Shown here: one piece after another, positions 9,185 through 19,479 of the stretch | Layout of the letters: every line of letters starts with the position of its first letter | Position numbering within the stretch: the first letter of the stretch is position 1 | Assembly (NCBI GenBank): GCA_009773005.1 | Contig: WOUT01000002.1 | Span: forward strand, 10,100 to 74,099 | Direction of reading: 5' to 3' | DNA from: Chloroflexota bacterium | GTDB taxonomy: Bacteria; Chloroflexota; Anaerolineae; Anaerolineales; Anaerolineaceae | DNA length: 64,000 nt | The notes under the pieces: generated by a model | Told to the model about the DNA's origin: nothing | The model's database searches: none | Seen by the model: the letters and a program-made list of their open reading frames with translations, nothing else | Made by a program: the position numbers and the translations under genes

Positions 9185-9592
9185 ATGACACGAGTTATTA
9201 CTAGTTTATGCATGCGAGATGGTAGCTGTGCAACCGTTTGCCCTGTGGAATGTATCGTCGCAGGAAAACCTGAAGATAAATGGCCCTGGTATTATATTGA
9301 CGCGGATACCTGCATCGATTGCGGCGCCTGTGAAACTGAGTGCCCATTTAATGCCATTTTCCCTGAAGATGAAGTGCCATCCGCTTATAAAGCCAAGGGC
9401 GGTGAGCGCCTTTCCATGCCTTCAGGTACAGTTGGATTCCCTGAAGCCTTCGATTCCAAAAACCATGACGGTGACTCGGTTCATCTGGAAGCAACTCGCG
9501 TTCTGGCAACAGGTGAAGTGGTTGATCTTACACCTGCAATTACAACAAACGCCGACTTCTTCAAATCTGGACCCGGGTATAACGCCAAGTAG
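9185..9592 (+). CDS. Ferredoxin family protein (Fe-S cluster binding) with a C-terminal extension
   Basis: 135 aa. Contains CMRDGSCATVCP and CIDCGACETECP. GGAGGA lies upstream of the ATG. Confidence 0.8.
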   Translation: MTRVITSLCMRDGSCATVCPVECIVAGKPEDKWPWYYIDADTCIDCGACETECPFNAIFPEDEVPSAYKAKGGERLSMPSGTVGFPEAFDSKNHDGDSVHLEATRVLATGEVVDLTPAITTNADFFKSGPGYNAK

Positions 9593-9608
9593 CTTCTGAT
9601 GGGAAATC

Positions 9609-9643
9609 AAAAAGAGGAGAGCAAAAAATGGTCTCCTCTTTTT
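9609..9643. terminator. Bidirectional rho-independent terminator between the ferredoxin gene and mltG
   Basis: Perfect 12-bp stem: aaaaagaggaga (9609-9620) pairs with tctcctcttttt (9632-9643) across an 11-nt loop. T/A runs are present on both strands. Confidence 0.7.
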
Positions 9644-9646
9644 AAG

Positions 9647-10774
9647 TTAATTACATGCATTTGAAAGATGTTCCTCAAACGTTTGCGAGAAAATGTGTGT
9701 CCCTGATCCATCACACCTGGCGTGGAAATAATAATAAGGGCTGGTTTCAGGGGTTGCAACTGCCAAGATCGATTGCACCCCAGGGTTTGAAATTGGCTGC
9801 TCCGGAAGCCCGGCAATCAGGTATGTATTGTAAGATGATTGATATGAAAGGTCACTGACCAGTAAAGGCGTTTTCCACCATCCACCCCATGCCTCGTTAT
9901 ATCCAAGAGCATATTGAACAGTAGGGTCAGTCTCCAGTTTCATACCGTCAGTCAACCGGTTGAAAAAAACAGAAGCAATTAGAGAACGCTCATTATCTTC
10001 GAATGTTTCCCGTTGCACGATGGAAGCCAGGATGATCGATTGATAGAACGTAAGTCCGTTGTTTTGCAGATTTGTTTTAATTTCATCGGTTACAGACTCA
10101 GAAAATCGCTGAGTAAAAGCAAGTGCAAGGTTTTCGGGTGAAATTTTCCGATTGATGATGTAATCCCCCGGGAAGAGAAACCCTTCAAGCGAAGGAATAC
10201 CAGTTAACTCTATTGGGAGATTTACATTTATTGGGTTTTGTACAACCGAAAGAAATACTTCAGGAGACACTTCAATGCCAGAGGATGGTAACGCCGCTGC
10301 AATTTCCTCCGCCCGCCAACCCGGATATATATAGAAAGCAACTTCTTCAGAATAAATCGATTGGATGGCTTCAGAGATTTCAACCGCACTCATGGAAGGT
10401 GAAAGCGAAAACTCGCCTGCTTTTATCTGTGTGTCTAACCCTTTATAGATAACGTAATATCGAAATGCCACCCAGTTAGAGATTAATCCTTTTTTTTCAA
10501 GTCCAAGCGCTACTGAAGAAACCGAAGCCCCCTGTGCGATGGTAAATGGCACATCACTCTGAGTCGAAATCAGCGGCGTGATAAGTTCCTTCTTATGTAA
10601 CAGTACTTGCAGACTGTAGGACCATTTTTGAAATGTGGTTAGGTTCTCCGCTGGTCTGCCGAAGCTTTTTTCAGCCAGGATAGGCACGCCCAACCAGGCA
10701 ATCCCGAGTCCGACCACAACCAGAAGAAGCACCAGCACAAAAGGTAGCGCGGAACTTGATTTTCGTCTAACCAT
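9647..10774 (-). CDS. mltG: Endolytic murein transglycosylase MltG (YceG-like)
   Basis: 375 aa with an N-terminal TM helix. Contains ASIVQRE and DPTVQYALGY, YceG-type motifs. Confidence 0.85.
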   Translation of the reverse strand: MVRRKSSSALPFVLVLLLVVVGLGIAWLGVPILAEKSFGRPAENLTTFQKWSYSLQVLLHKKELITPLISTQSDVPFTIAQGASVSSVALGLEKKGLISNWVAFRYYVIYKGLDTQIKAGEFSLSPSMSAVEISEAIQSIYSEEVAFYIYPGWRAEEIAAALPSSGIEVSPEVFLSVVQNPINVNLPIELTGIPSLEGFLFPGDYIINRKISPENLALAFTQRFSESVTDEIKTNLQNNGLTFYQSIILASIVQRETFEDNERSLIASVFFNRLTDGMKLETDPTVQYALGYNEAWGGWWKTPLLVSDLSYQSSYNTYLIAGLPEQPISNPGVQSILAVATPETSPYYYFHARCDGSGTHIFSQTFEEHLSNACN

Positions 10775-11204
10775 TTTCTTTCATTTTCTCACTTTTCCAG
10801 TTCAGATAGGACTGCAAGATAATGACTGCCGCCAGATCATCCAAATGACCTCTTCTATTTCGACGCTTCACTCCCATAGTAATGCGTGCATTTTTCGCAG
10901 CGCGTGTACTGCCGTGTTCATCCCACAGATCAACCGGCAGCGAGGATTCTTGTTTGATCATTTCTGCCATCCTGTGAGCGTGACGGGTTTGCGGTGTATT
11001 TTCTCCTTCCACACCCAACGCCTCTCCCACAATGATTTGCACAACCTCGTTTTCAGCTGCCAGTTGGGCAATTGCCGTGCAATCTGCGCCCATTGAGGTA
11101 TGCTGGATAACCGTTAGTGTCCGTGCGATCGTGCCGGTCGGGTCGCTTATCGCAAGGCCGATCCTCTTTTCCCCGGGATCAACTGCCATAATCCTTCCCG
11201 TCAT
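10767..11204 (-). CDS. ruvX: Putative pre-16S rRNA nuclease / Holliday junction resolvase-like RuvX (YqgF)
   Basis: 145 aa. Contains RIMAVDPGEKRIGLAISDP. Overlaps the mltG start by 8 nt. Confidence 0.85.
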   Translation of the reverse strand: MTGRIMAVDPGEKRIGLAISDPTGTIARTLTVIQHTSMGADCTAIAQLAAENEVVQIIVGEALGVEGENTPQTRHAHRMAEMIKQESSLPVDLWDEHGSTRAAKNARITMGVKRRNRRGHLDDLAAVIILQSYLNWKSEKMKENG

Positions 11205-12706
11205 TCAGTCCCTGCCATTGAAAAATGGATCTGCGTTGGTAAAAACGGCATCCATTTCCACCATTTGAAATTTAAGGAAATCTCGGCTGGTTCCGTTTGT
11301 GGAAAAACTTTTTGTAGAGTTTGAAAAGCTGTTTCTTTCGTCTTGCCAGCCAACGCATTAGCGATTTCATATCGATTCCATTCAGGCATAATCTCTCGAG
11401 ATGCCTTCATCGTCCAAATTGCCTGACCTTTATTATCAATTTTGATTACGCCTACTTTTTTTACTATCATTGAGTCATTGAAAGCCATAAACCCGGACTG
11501 CAAATTTCCATCAAGAACTACCGTGGCAATCGAATTCTGATCCTCTTCTTTGTAAGTTAAAGCCTTGTATCGGACTGTCAAACGTAAGGTTGCTTCATCA
11601 GATGGCAAATCAACAACATTCACGCGCTCATTACTCAATACTTCTTCGACCAACACACTTTCAACGATCAGCACTCTTCCAACTTCCAGGTTTGAATACA
11701 ATGTAGTGATCGATCGGTCTTTCAATTCTTCTAACAACTGTATTTTTAGTTGGGAATAGTCTGATTCGCTCGGAGCCGATGCATCCACCCCTTTTCCACC
11801 TACAAACGCTTCCGAATTATTAACAGAAACTATTGTTCCGATTCCTCCTGCAATGGAAGAAATCTTGCCGCTATCAATGTTCCCCTCCTCGCCTGGCTTC
11901 ATTGCCTCAACTTTACCAACTATTGTAGCGTTTTTTTCTGCAGGCAGCACCAACTCTTCAAGCGTGATAAATTTTACAACCTCCGGGTCCTCTGTAATTA
12001 AAACCGATTCGGCAGGGATAGTAACTTGCGTTTGAGTCAGGTTTGTAAAAGTAACCAAGCCAGATGCTTTTATGGTTGGAACCCTGACAGTACCGGTACT
12101 CTTCCGGCTTAATTCGCCGCTAACCTCCACGCTCTGAGCAAATGTAGGCAATCCGCCGGAGGGATTGAAACCCGAAAAGATTGGTGATGCGATGATTTCT
12201 AATTCGGCTTCTTGAATCGATTTTTGAGGGTGCAGTGTAATAGTGGCAGAAGGAACTGTAAAGAAAAACAAGGCAGCCATTGCCAAGATACTTATCACCA
12301 TCGTGACAATCTTTATTAAAACCGATTGCTCTTTTATTTTTTCTGTACCTTGAGTTTTTTCTTTCGACTCAAGTAATGCTGAAAAACCCTTTGGAAATTT
12401 TGTTTCGGTACGTGCATTTTCTATATTTGTCCATGATTTTCTTTCAGCCTTAGAAATGGACGAAAAAAAAGGGATTTTCAACGCCTGGGCATTTTCTTTT
12501 ATCAGGAGATCATGAGTAACAAGAGCAAGTTGGGCACCATACCGCTTGGCTGCCCGTTGGATGAGAGAAAGGTCAAGGGTACCTTTCAATAGTTTACCGC
12601 GCTTTGGCCAAACCAAAATCATTCGCGGGCTTGGATTCCAAGACATCTTGTCTTTTATCGAGACAAGGTCATCATGAGGTTCCAATTGAATGACAGTCGT
12701 TTTCAT
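11201..12706 (-). CDS. Hypothetical single-pass membrane protein
   Basis: 501 aa. Cytoplasmic N-terminal ~130 aa, a TM helix (LIKIVTMVISILAMAALFFF), then a large beta-rich extracytoplasmic part. Its stop overlaps the ruvX start (ATGA). No motif recognised. Confidence 0.7.
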   Translation of the reverse strand: MKTTVIQLEPHDDLVSIKDKMSWNPSPRMILVWPKRGKLLKGTLDLSLIQRAAKRYGAQLALVTHDLLIKENAQALKIPFFSSISKAERKSWTNIENARTETKFPKGFSALLESKEKTQGTEKIKEQSVLIKIVTMVISILAMAALFFFTVPSATITLHPQKSIQEAELEIIASPIFSGFNPSGGLPTFAQSVEVSGELSRKSTGTVRVPTIKASGLVTFTNLTQTQVTIPAESVLITEDPEVVKFITLEELVLPAEKNATIVGKVEAMKPGEEGNIDSGKISSIAGGIGTIVSVNNSEAFVGGKGVDASAPSESDYSQLKIQLLEELKDRSITTLYSNLEVGRVLIVESVLVEEVLSNERVNVVDLPSDEATLRLTVRYKALTYKEEDQNSIATVVLDGNLQSGFMAFNDSMIVKKVGVIKIDNKGQAIWTMKASREIMPEWNRYEIANALAGKTKETAFQTLQKVFPQTEPAEISLNFKWWKWMPFLPTQIHFSMAGTE

Positions 12707-12876
12707 CTTTACATATTGAATTATACATTAGGCAGCTTCAGCCAAAGTGAAAAAAGTACAATCACGATTTTTATTTTTATAATATTCAGTATTTGTTTTT
12801 CCTTAACATTATGAAATGAGATATTATCAAAGACCTGTTGAAAAGGCTATAATTAGGTCTAGAAACGAGAGGAAAA

Positions 12877-13707
12877 ATGCGAAAACTATCCATAATCATA
12901 TTACTATCGCTTTTATCGTTGACCTCATGCAATTTGCCATTGGTGAAATCTACTCCAAATACTGATGTGGTCGCTACAAGAGTAGCCCAAACCCTCAGCG
13001 CACAGCCGTCCGCAACCCTCCAACCAACGCAAGAGGTTCTTCCAACAATAGAACTAACCACTCCACCACCAACCGCGACTCTCACTGTCACTTCAACTCC
13101 CACCACTTCACCCGGTGACCCAAAATTGACTCTTGGAAGCCCAAATTTCCAGGATACGTTTAATGGTGGAAATGCATTTGGTTTGCAAGGAAGCCCCTAC
13201 GAAGATGATGCTGTTAGAATATCGATGCAAAGCGGGGCGATCAACTTCACCAGTCTTGCAATAAATGCCGGCAAACGTTGGAGGTTGACCTCCCCGCAGC
13301 CTCGCAATTTCTACCTTGAGGGTACGTTTAAAACAATCAATTGCTCCGGGTACGACCACTTTGGGCTTGTGATGCGTGCGCCCAGTTATAGTGACGGTAT
13401 AGGTTATTACTTTGGCGTATCCTGCAACGGTCAATACATTTTCCAGCGTTGGGATGGTTCTGGTACCAGCACCGTTATTGGCTGGGCATCCGATCCGAAT
13501 ATTAAGACTGGTCCGAATCAGATAAATCGAATCGGAGTCAAGGCGGTTGACGATACATTCAAACTTTATGTGAATGGATATTTGGTCAAAGAATTCACGG
13601 ATTCCGGACTCACGGCCAAGGGACATTTTGGCGCATACGTTACCGCTCTCGAAAACTCGAATTTCACGGTTGATCTCGAAGAGCTGCTTGAGTGGAACCT
13701 TCCGTAA
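12877..13707 (+). CDS. Lipoprotein with a Pro/Thr linker and a jelly-roll (DUF1080/LamG-like) domain
   Basis: 276 aa. Lipobox LSLTSC, PT-rich linker. The C-terminal part (GYYFGVSCNGQYIFQRWDG...FKLYVNGYLV) is reminiscent of a concanavalin-like fold. The family call is tentative. Confidence 0.7.
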   Translation: MRKLSIIILLSLLSLTSCNLPLVKSTPNTDVVATRVAQTLSAQPSATLQPTQEVLPTIELTTPPPTATLTVTSTPTTSPGDPKLTLGSPNFQDTFNGGNAFGLQGSPYEDDAVRISMQSGAINFTSLAINAGKRWRLTSPQPRNFYLEGTFKTINCSGYDHFGLVMRAPSYSDGIGYYFGVSCNGQYIFQRWDGSGTSTVIGWASDPNIKTGPNQINRIGVKAVDDTFKLYVNGYLVKEFTDSGLTAKGHFGAYVTALENSNFTVDLEELLEWNLP

Positions 13708-13729
13708 GCATCTGAAAAGGTTTAAAACA

Positions 13730-14308
13730 ATGCTGCCAACAACAAATCCCAACAGCAAAAACGCGGTCAGTTTAGCCGAAAAATGGCTCAGCCAAAAACC
13801 TGTCTATGTTGACACCGAGACCACAGGACTGGAGAAGAATGATGAGATCATCGAAATTTCCATCATTGATTATGATGGAAATGAATTACTTACTTCCCTT
13901 GTAAAACCTAGTCAGCAAATCCCGTTGGAGGCGGTAAAGATTCACGGTATTTCAAATGAAATGGTTGCTGCTTCACCGGTATGGCCGATCGTATGGTCTC
14001 GTGCGCGTAATTTCTTCTACGGTCGAATAATCGCCGCTTACAATGCTCCATTCGATTTGCGAATGATGCAGCAATCTCATGCAAGATACCGTTTGTCCTG
14101 GCATGAAAACCTCACCTTTGTGGATATTCTGCCTCTTTATTCCGATTTCCGCGGAGTTTGGGATCCGATCAGGCGGTCGATGAGGTATTTTAAGCTGGAA
14201 GAAGCAGGTGCATTCTTTAATATCACACTGCCCAACGCACACCGTTCCACAGCCGACGCATTATTAACGCGCGCTATATTGCACAGCATCGCTGGTAAAC
14301 CTTATTAA
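13730..14308 (+). CDS. DEDDh 3'-5' exonuclease (DnaQ/epsilon-like)
   Basis: 192 aa from the ATG at 13730. Contains VYVDTETTGL (ExoI), AYNAPFDLRMM (ExoII) and HRSTADA (ExoIII, H-type). The longer track ORF from 13574 overlaps the upstream gene and was rejected. Confidence 0.8.
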   Translation: MLPTTNPNSKNAVSLAEKWLSQKPVYVDTETTGLEKNDEIIEISIIDYDGNELLTSLVKPSQQIPLEAVKIHGISNEMVAASPVWPIVWSRARNFFYGRIIAAYNAPFDLRMMQQSHARYRLSWHENLTFVDILPLYSDFRGVWDPIRRSMRYFKLEEAGAFFNITLPNAHRSTADALLTRAILHSIAGKPY

Positions 14309-14326
14309 ATCAATAGGCGAAACACT

Positions 14327-16447
14327 TTGAATTTTGATGATTTAAGCCCGGCCCAACAAGAGATCGTTCGTTTACCATTACAAACGAAGGTATTTCTGCA
14401 TGGACAAGCCGGCTCTGGAAAAACCACTGCCGCCATCCACCGAATGTTAGGACTTATCGATCAAGGCATTCCCGCCGAGTCCGTCCTGGTGCTCGTTCCA
14501 CAACGAAGCCTGGCTCAGGGTTACCGAGATGTGATCCGAACTCCGAATTCTCGCGCTGGAGGAGAGCCGGCAATCCTGACCATTGGCGGTTTGGCGCAGC
14601 GGATGATCGCATTATTTTGGCCTATTGTCGCAAAAAACGCCGGTTTTAAAAACCCGACCAGACCTCCGCAGTTTCTCACCCTTGAAACAGCACAATACTA
14701 CCTTGCATCGATTGTTGAGCCGTTGCTCCAGAAAGGGTATTTCGAAAGTGTTACAGTCGATCCAAATCGTTTGTACAGCCAGATTCTGGATAATTTAAAT
14801 AAATCCGCGGTCGTGGGTTTCGCGCCTGATGAGATCTCTCAACGCTTGATCCAGGCGTGGGCAGGCAAAGCCTCACAGTCAGTTATTTATGAACAAGCGC
14901 AGGAGTGCGCTCTTCTTTTTCGAAAACTATGCCTACAGCAAGATTTACTCGATTTTTCTTTACAGTTATCCATATTCACCGATCATTTATGGACATCTTT
15001 TCTGTGCAAAAAGTATTTGACCAGCACATATCGCCATTTGATTTATGACAACGCTGAAGAAGATTATCCCGTCGCTCATGACATCATCGCAAAATGGCTG
15101 CCCGATTTTGAGTCTGCTCTGATTCTCAGTGATACGGAGGCAGGATTCCGGTCTTTCATGGGCGCTGATCCCGTCTCTGCCAATTCATTGGGTGACCAAT
15201 GCTCCAAAAAGGTTGAATTCTGCAATTCGTTGGTAAAGACCCATCCATTGGACAACCTGGAATCAGCGCTTTCTAGGAGCCTCATTGAGCACCGGCTTGA
15301 TGGACATTTCGATTCTGATGTTGAAAGCTCATTTTCCATTCATCCATTCCGATTTTATCCGCAAGTCATTGACTGGATCGTTAAGCAAGTCTCTGAACTG
15401 TTAATAAATCAGAATGTCACTCCAAACGAAATCGTTATTTTAACTCCTTTTCTAAGCGATTCGCTGCGTTTTTCGTTCTACACACGATTTACTGAATGTG
15501 GCATTCCTATCAACACTTTCCGTCCTTCACGCAGTTTGCGGGATGAGCCTGCAGTCAAAACCGTGATCACGCTTGCCAAATTGGCTTATCCAATCTGGGC
15601 ACTTAAGCCCTCCAAAGATGAAGTTCGCACTGCATTGATGTTGACGATCACAGATTGCGATTACGTGCGCGCAGATTTGCTCACGCAAATACTATATTCA
15701 TCAGCATCGGGTTCATTACGCTCATTTGATCCTGTTAAGAAGGAGATGCAGCAACGGCTCACCTATACGATAGGCGAGCGTTATGAAAAACTGCGCAGAT
15801 GGCTCGAACAGAATTCAAATCAAGGTACCCTTGAATTAGATTTCTTTCTTAGCAAACTCTTCGGTGAAATCCTCTCACAGCCCGGATTTAAGTTTCATGA
15901 AAACTTTGATTCTGCCTCATCAGTGAACCGGTTGATCGAATCTTGTCGCAAGTTCCGCCAAACAATGACTGATGGTACTCTAATTAACGAAGCCTCAATC
16001 AGTAAAGAGTATATTCGGCTAGTTGATGAAGGGATCCTGGCGGCCCAATATCTTTCTGATTGGGCAGGAAAATCTCAATCCGATTCAGTCCTAATCTCAC
16101 CAGCTTTTTCTTTCTTGATGAGTAACCGTCCAGCCAAATATCAATTCTGGTTGGATATAGGTTCTCAAGGATGGTGGACTAGATTGGACCAACCTCTCAC
16201 CCATCCTTATGTTCTCAATCGCAATTGGGCAAGAGGTCAACTTTGGACAGATGCGCAGGAATATTCTACGAATCAAAAAACGTTGGCACGCGTCACCACC
16301 GGACTCATCCGGCGTTGCAGTGATCATATTTTTATGTGCTCCATTGGAATCAACGAACAAGGTAATGAAGAACGCGGCGCTTTGGTCATGGCCATCCAGA
16401 CTATCTTGCGAAAATTAAAAACAACGGCAGGGGGTAAGCATGTTTAA
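14327..16447 (+). CDS. SF1 (UvrD/AddB-like) helicase-like protein with a non-canonical motif II
   Basis: 706 aa, TTG start. Contains LSPAQQEIV and Walker A GQAGSGKTT. Position of motif II reads LIYDNAEEDYP instead of DExQD. I could not read a clear motif VI or a nuclease domain. Confidence 0.75.
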   Translation: MNFDDLSPAQQEIVRLPLQTKVFLHGQAGSGKTTAAIHRMLGLIDQGIPAESVLVLVPQRSLAQGYRDVIRTPNSRAGGEPAILTIGGLAQRMIALFWPIVAKNAGFKNPTRPPQFLTLETAQYYLASIVEPLLQKGYFESVTVDPNRLYSQILDNLNKSAVVGFAPDEISQRLIQAWAGKASQSVIYEQAQECALLFRKLCLQQDLLDFSLQLSIFTDHLWTSFLCKKYLTSTYRHLIYDNAEEDYPVAHDIIAKWLPDFESALILSDTEAGFRSFMGADPVSANSLGDQCSKKVEFCNSLVKTHPLDNLESALSRSLIEHRLDGHFDSDVESSFSIHPFRFYPQVIDWIVKQVSELLINQNVTPNEIVILTPFLSDSLRFSFYTRFTECGIPINTFRPSRSLRDEPAVKTVITLAKLAYPIWALKPSKDEVRTALMLTITDCDYVRADLLTQILYSSASGSLRSFDPVKKEMQQRLTYTIGERYEKLRRWLEQNSNQGTLELDFFLSKLFGEILSQPGFKFHENFDSASSVNRLIESCRKFRQTMTDGTLINEASISKEYIRLVDEGILAAQYLSDWAGKSQSDSVLISPAFSFLMSNRPAKYQFWLDIGSQGWWTRLDQPLTHPYVLNRNWARGQLWTDAQEYSTNQKTLARVTTGLIRRCSDHIFMCSIGINEQGNEERGALVMAIQTILRKLKTTAGGKHV

Positions 16448-18677
16448 ACCCCGTCCTATGCAGGAAGAAATCCTTAAATATGAAGCAGGTAAAATGGGGG
16501 TGACGGCAGTTCCCGGCAGTGGAAAGACGCATACACTCTCCTTCCTGGCTGCCCAACTGATCACCAAGGGTCTGATCTCTGAAGAACAGGAAATATTGGT
16601 TGTTACTTTGGTCAACTCGGCAGTAGATAATTTTTCCGCACGCATCACGTCATTCATCCAGGAAGCCGGGTTGCTGGCAAATGTGGGCTATCGGGTTCGC
16701 ACTCTGCATGGACTGGCGCATGATATCGTCCGGGAGCGGCCTGACCTGGCTGGATTATCAGAACAATTTTCGATACTCGATGAAACGGAATCCTCTCGAA
16801 CGGTCGAACAGATCACTGCCGCTTATCTCCGCGAACATCCCGAACTGGCCTCTGTAGTGATAGATCCCGAAGTTGACTTGCATGGTGATTTTAAAACGCA
16901 AAAAGTCTGGAATGAGACTATCACAACCCTCAATGCAAATTTTATCAGTCAGGCAAAAGACCTCCAAATCGAGCCATATGAAATTCGCGAAAAAATCGAA
17001 AAATTCAAAGTTGCCGATCCACTCCTCAACATGGCGTTGGAAGTTTATTTCGAATATCAAAGAGGGCTGCGTTATCGCGGCTCGGTAGATTTTTCAGATC
17101 TGGTTCGCCTGGCTCATCGTGTATTGTCCTCTGATTCAGATTATTTATTGAGACTACAACAGCGCTGGCCGTATATTCTGGAGGATGAAGCACAAGATTC
17201 ATCTTTTGTGCAGGAACGAATTTTACGTCTTTTAGTTGGGACTGATGGGAATTGGGTGCGGGTCGGTGATACCAACCAAGCCATTTATGAAACCTTCACA
17301 ACGGCCAGCCCCAAGTTCCTTCAGAATTATCTGAAAGAAAGAAACGTTGTGGCAAAAGACCTAGCCAATTCAGGCCGCTCGAACAAGAGTATTATCGGAC
17401 TTGCCAATTCATTGAATAAATGGACCCGGCAATCACACCCTGTTAGCGAGTTAAGGTCTTCGCTCGCCCTTCCTCTCATTATTCCAGCGCCTCCAGGCGA
17501 TCCGCAGCCAAACCCGCCAGATCATCCCAAGGCAATATATATCTTGAAGTCTCCAGTAGATTCTGATGCGGAGATCGAAAAAGTTGTTTTGTCGATCAAA
17601 TCCTGGTTGCCGCTAAACCTGGATAAAACTGTGGCAGTGCTTTGCCCGATCGGATTTCATGCCGAAAAAATGGTAGAAGCCTTACAAGCTTCCGAAATTG
17701 AGATTGTAGAAATGCTTAAGAGTACGCAATCAACAAGGCGCGTCACCCGCCTGCTGGAAAAAGTGATGCAATCTCTTGCTGAACCTTCTTCAGTAAATAA
17801 ACTGGCAATCGTTTACCAACAAATTATGCAGGCAGATCCCAATTTTGCTGCTCATGAAAAAGAGATCACCAAAATAATTGCACAAATCAAAAAGATTAAA
17901 AAGCTTGAAGATCTTTTCTACTCCGGTGAGATAACCGATTGGAAAATGACCTTAGGCATCGACAATTTGTCAAAGGAATTGGAAAATAGTTTTTCAAAAT
18001 TCAAGACAGATATGGTGCGTTGGCAGAATGCCACGTCGCTCCCGATTGATCAATTATTACTAACCATCGGGAGAGACCTGTTCACAACTCCACAGGACCT
18101 GGCGTTGACCCATAAACTGGCTTTGTTGCTTGAATTCAGCGCAAATAATCATCCTGATTATCAGCTTTCCCAATTTGCAATTGAACTCGCCGAAATCGCA
18201 TCAAACGAGCGAAAATTCTCCGGGTTCAGTGAAGACGACACCGGTTTCAATCCCGAAGCCCACAAAGGCAAGGTACTTGTCTCCACTTTTCATAAGGCTA
18301 AAGGGTTGGAATGGGACAGGGTCTACCTCCTGTCGGTAAACAATTATGATTTTCCGTCAGCACAAGAATTCGACCATTACAAAGGCGAGAAGTGGTTCAT
18401 CGAACATCGCTATAATCTTGAAGCGGAATTATTGGCGAAGTTAAAAGCCATCGTTAATGAGGATGTTCCTGGCATGTTCATGGAAAAAGGGGTCGCTACT
18501 CAGCAAGCTAGGATTGAATACTCCGCCGAGCGTTTGCGTCTGCTCTATGTAGGCATTACACGCGCACGAGAATCCTTGATCATCACTTGGAACACCGGGC
18601 GACGGAAAGAGGCTCGTATGGCGCTGCCACTTGAAGCCCTGCTCGCCATCTGGGAGAATTCATATGACGCTTCCTGA
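16440..18677 (+). CDS. UvrD/Rep-family ATP-dependent DNA helicase
   Basis: 745 aa. Contains GSGKTHT, ILEDEAQDSS, STFHKAKGLEWDRVYLL and LLYVGITRARESLIITW. Overlaps the upstream stop by 8 nt. No C-terminal RecB-type nuclease domain is apparent. Confidence 0.85.
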   Translation: MFKPRPMQEEILKYEAGKMGVTAVPGSGKTHTLSFLAAQLITKGLISEEQEILVVTLVNSAVDNFSARITSFIQEAGLLANVGYRVRTLHGLAHDIVRERPDLAGLSEQFSILDETESSRTVEQITAAYLREHPELASVVIDPEVDLHGDFKTQKVWNETITTLNANFISQAKDLQIEPYEIREKIEKFKVADPLLNMALEVYFEYQRGLRYRGSVDFSDLVRLAHRVLSSDSDYLLRLQQRWPYILEDEAQDSSFVQERILRLLVGTDGNWVRVGDTNQAIYETFTTASPKFLQNYLKERNVVAKDLANSGRSNKSIIGLANSLNKWTRQSHPVSELRSSLALPLIIPAPPGDPQPNPPDHPKAIYILKSPVDSDAEIEKVVLSIKSWLPLNLDKTVAVLCPIGFHAEKMVEALQASEIEIVEMLKSTQSTRRVTRLLEKVMQSLAEPSSVNKLAIVYQQIMQADPNFAAHEKEITKIIAQIKKIKKLEDLFYSGEITDWKMTLGIDNLSKELENSFSKFKTDMVRWQNATSLPIDQLLLTIGRDLFTTPQDLALTHKLALLLEFSANNHPDYQLSQFAIELAEIASNERKFSGFSEDDTGFNPEAHKGKVLVSTFHKAKGLEWDRVYLLSVNNYDFPSAQEFDHYKGEKWFIEHRYNLEAELLAKLKAIVNEDVPGMFMEKGVATQQARIEYSAERLRLLYVGITRARESLIITWNTGRRKEARMALPLEALLAIWENSYDAS

Positions 18678-19473
18678 AACTTTCATTTTTACCCAACAAA
18701 ATCTGCAGGATTACATCGACTGCAACCGCAGGTTCTATTTGCGCGAAATCTTAAAACTGGAATGGCCTGCAATTGAGAGTGAACCGGTACGGGAGCAGGA
18801 AGAATTGATTTTGCTTGGAACACAGTTCCATCTACTTTGTCAACAATTTTTTCTCGGAATACCAGTGGAGGATCTTTCCGATCAGATTACAAACCTTGAA
18901 TTGCAGGTCTGGTGGCAGAATTTCTTGAAACTGGATTTCAAATCCCTGAACGGAACCTTATCATCAGAAAAATTGATCTCCATTCCCTTCGCCGGATTTC
19001 GTTTGGCGGCAAAATACGACCTGCTATTGAGGGATCTCAATGGAAAGAATTTCATTTATGATTGGAAAACGTCAAAACACCAACCTCAACGAAAATACCT
19101 GGTTGAGCGAATGCAGTCTAAAATTTATCCATTGGTAATCTCAAAATATATCGGTGCAAAAAGATTTGACACAGACTTTAACCCCGAATCCATAGACATG
19201 ATCTATTGGTATCCTGCGTTTCCAAATACCCCAATTTCTTTTGGTTATTCGAAAGTTCAATTTGAAGCTGACCAAACCGGGCTTGAAAAACTAATTTATG
19301 AGATTAATAAGAAAAAAGAACCGGATTTTGTATTGACAGAGAGGGAAAAAACCTGTTCTTATTGCCGCTTTCGTTCGCTCTGCAATCGCGGGGTTACTGC
19401 CGGTGTGAGTGATCAGCAGGAAATTGATTTTCAGGCGACAAATGCCTTTAACTTTGATTTTGAGGCCCTTTAG
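18664..19473 (+). CDS. Stand-alone PD-(D/E)XK nuclease of the Cas4/AddB Fe-S type
   Basis: 269 aa from the ATG at 18664, with GGGAGAA upstream. Contains KYDLLL and IYDWKTSK (the D...D/ExK core), an N-terminal Cys (YIDCNRRFYL) and CSYCRFRSLC (Cx2Cx5C). Overlaps the helicase stop by 14 nt. Confidence 0.8.
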   Translation: MTLPETFIFTQQNLQDYIDCNRRFYLREILKLEWPAIESEPVREQEELILLGTQFHLLCQQFFLGIPVEDLSDQITNLELQVWWQNFLKLDFKSLNGTLSSEKLISIPFAGFRLAAKYDLLLRDLNGKNFIYDWKTSKHQPQRKYLVERMQSKIYPLVISKYIGAKRFDTDFNPESIDMIYWYPAFPNTPISFGYSKVQFEADQTGLEKLIYEINKKKEPDFVLTEREKTCSYCRFRSLCNRGVTAGVSDQQEIDFQATNAFNFDFEAL

Positions 19474-19479
19474 GTCCCT

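Noticed and set aside
9219-9599. 126-aa alternative-frame ORF overlapping the ferredoxin gene
   Set aside because: The ferredoxin frame carries the Cys cluster motifs and a GGAGGA SD. The alternative frame has neither.
13574-13729. Upstream extension of the DEDDh exonuclease ORF (track start 13574)
   Set aside because: The extension overlaps the preceding gene by 134 nt and adds non-homologous sequence. The ATG at 13730 immediately precedes the conserved ExoI region.
13108-13758. 216-aa minus-strand ORF
   Set aside because: It is entirely antisense to the lipoprotein gene, which has a lipobox, PT linker and domain-like C-terminus. It has no SD or motif and is a shadow ORF.
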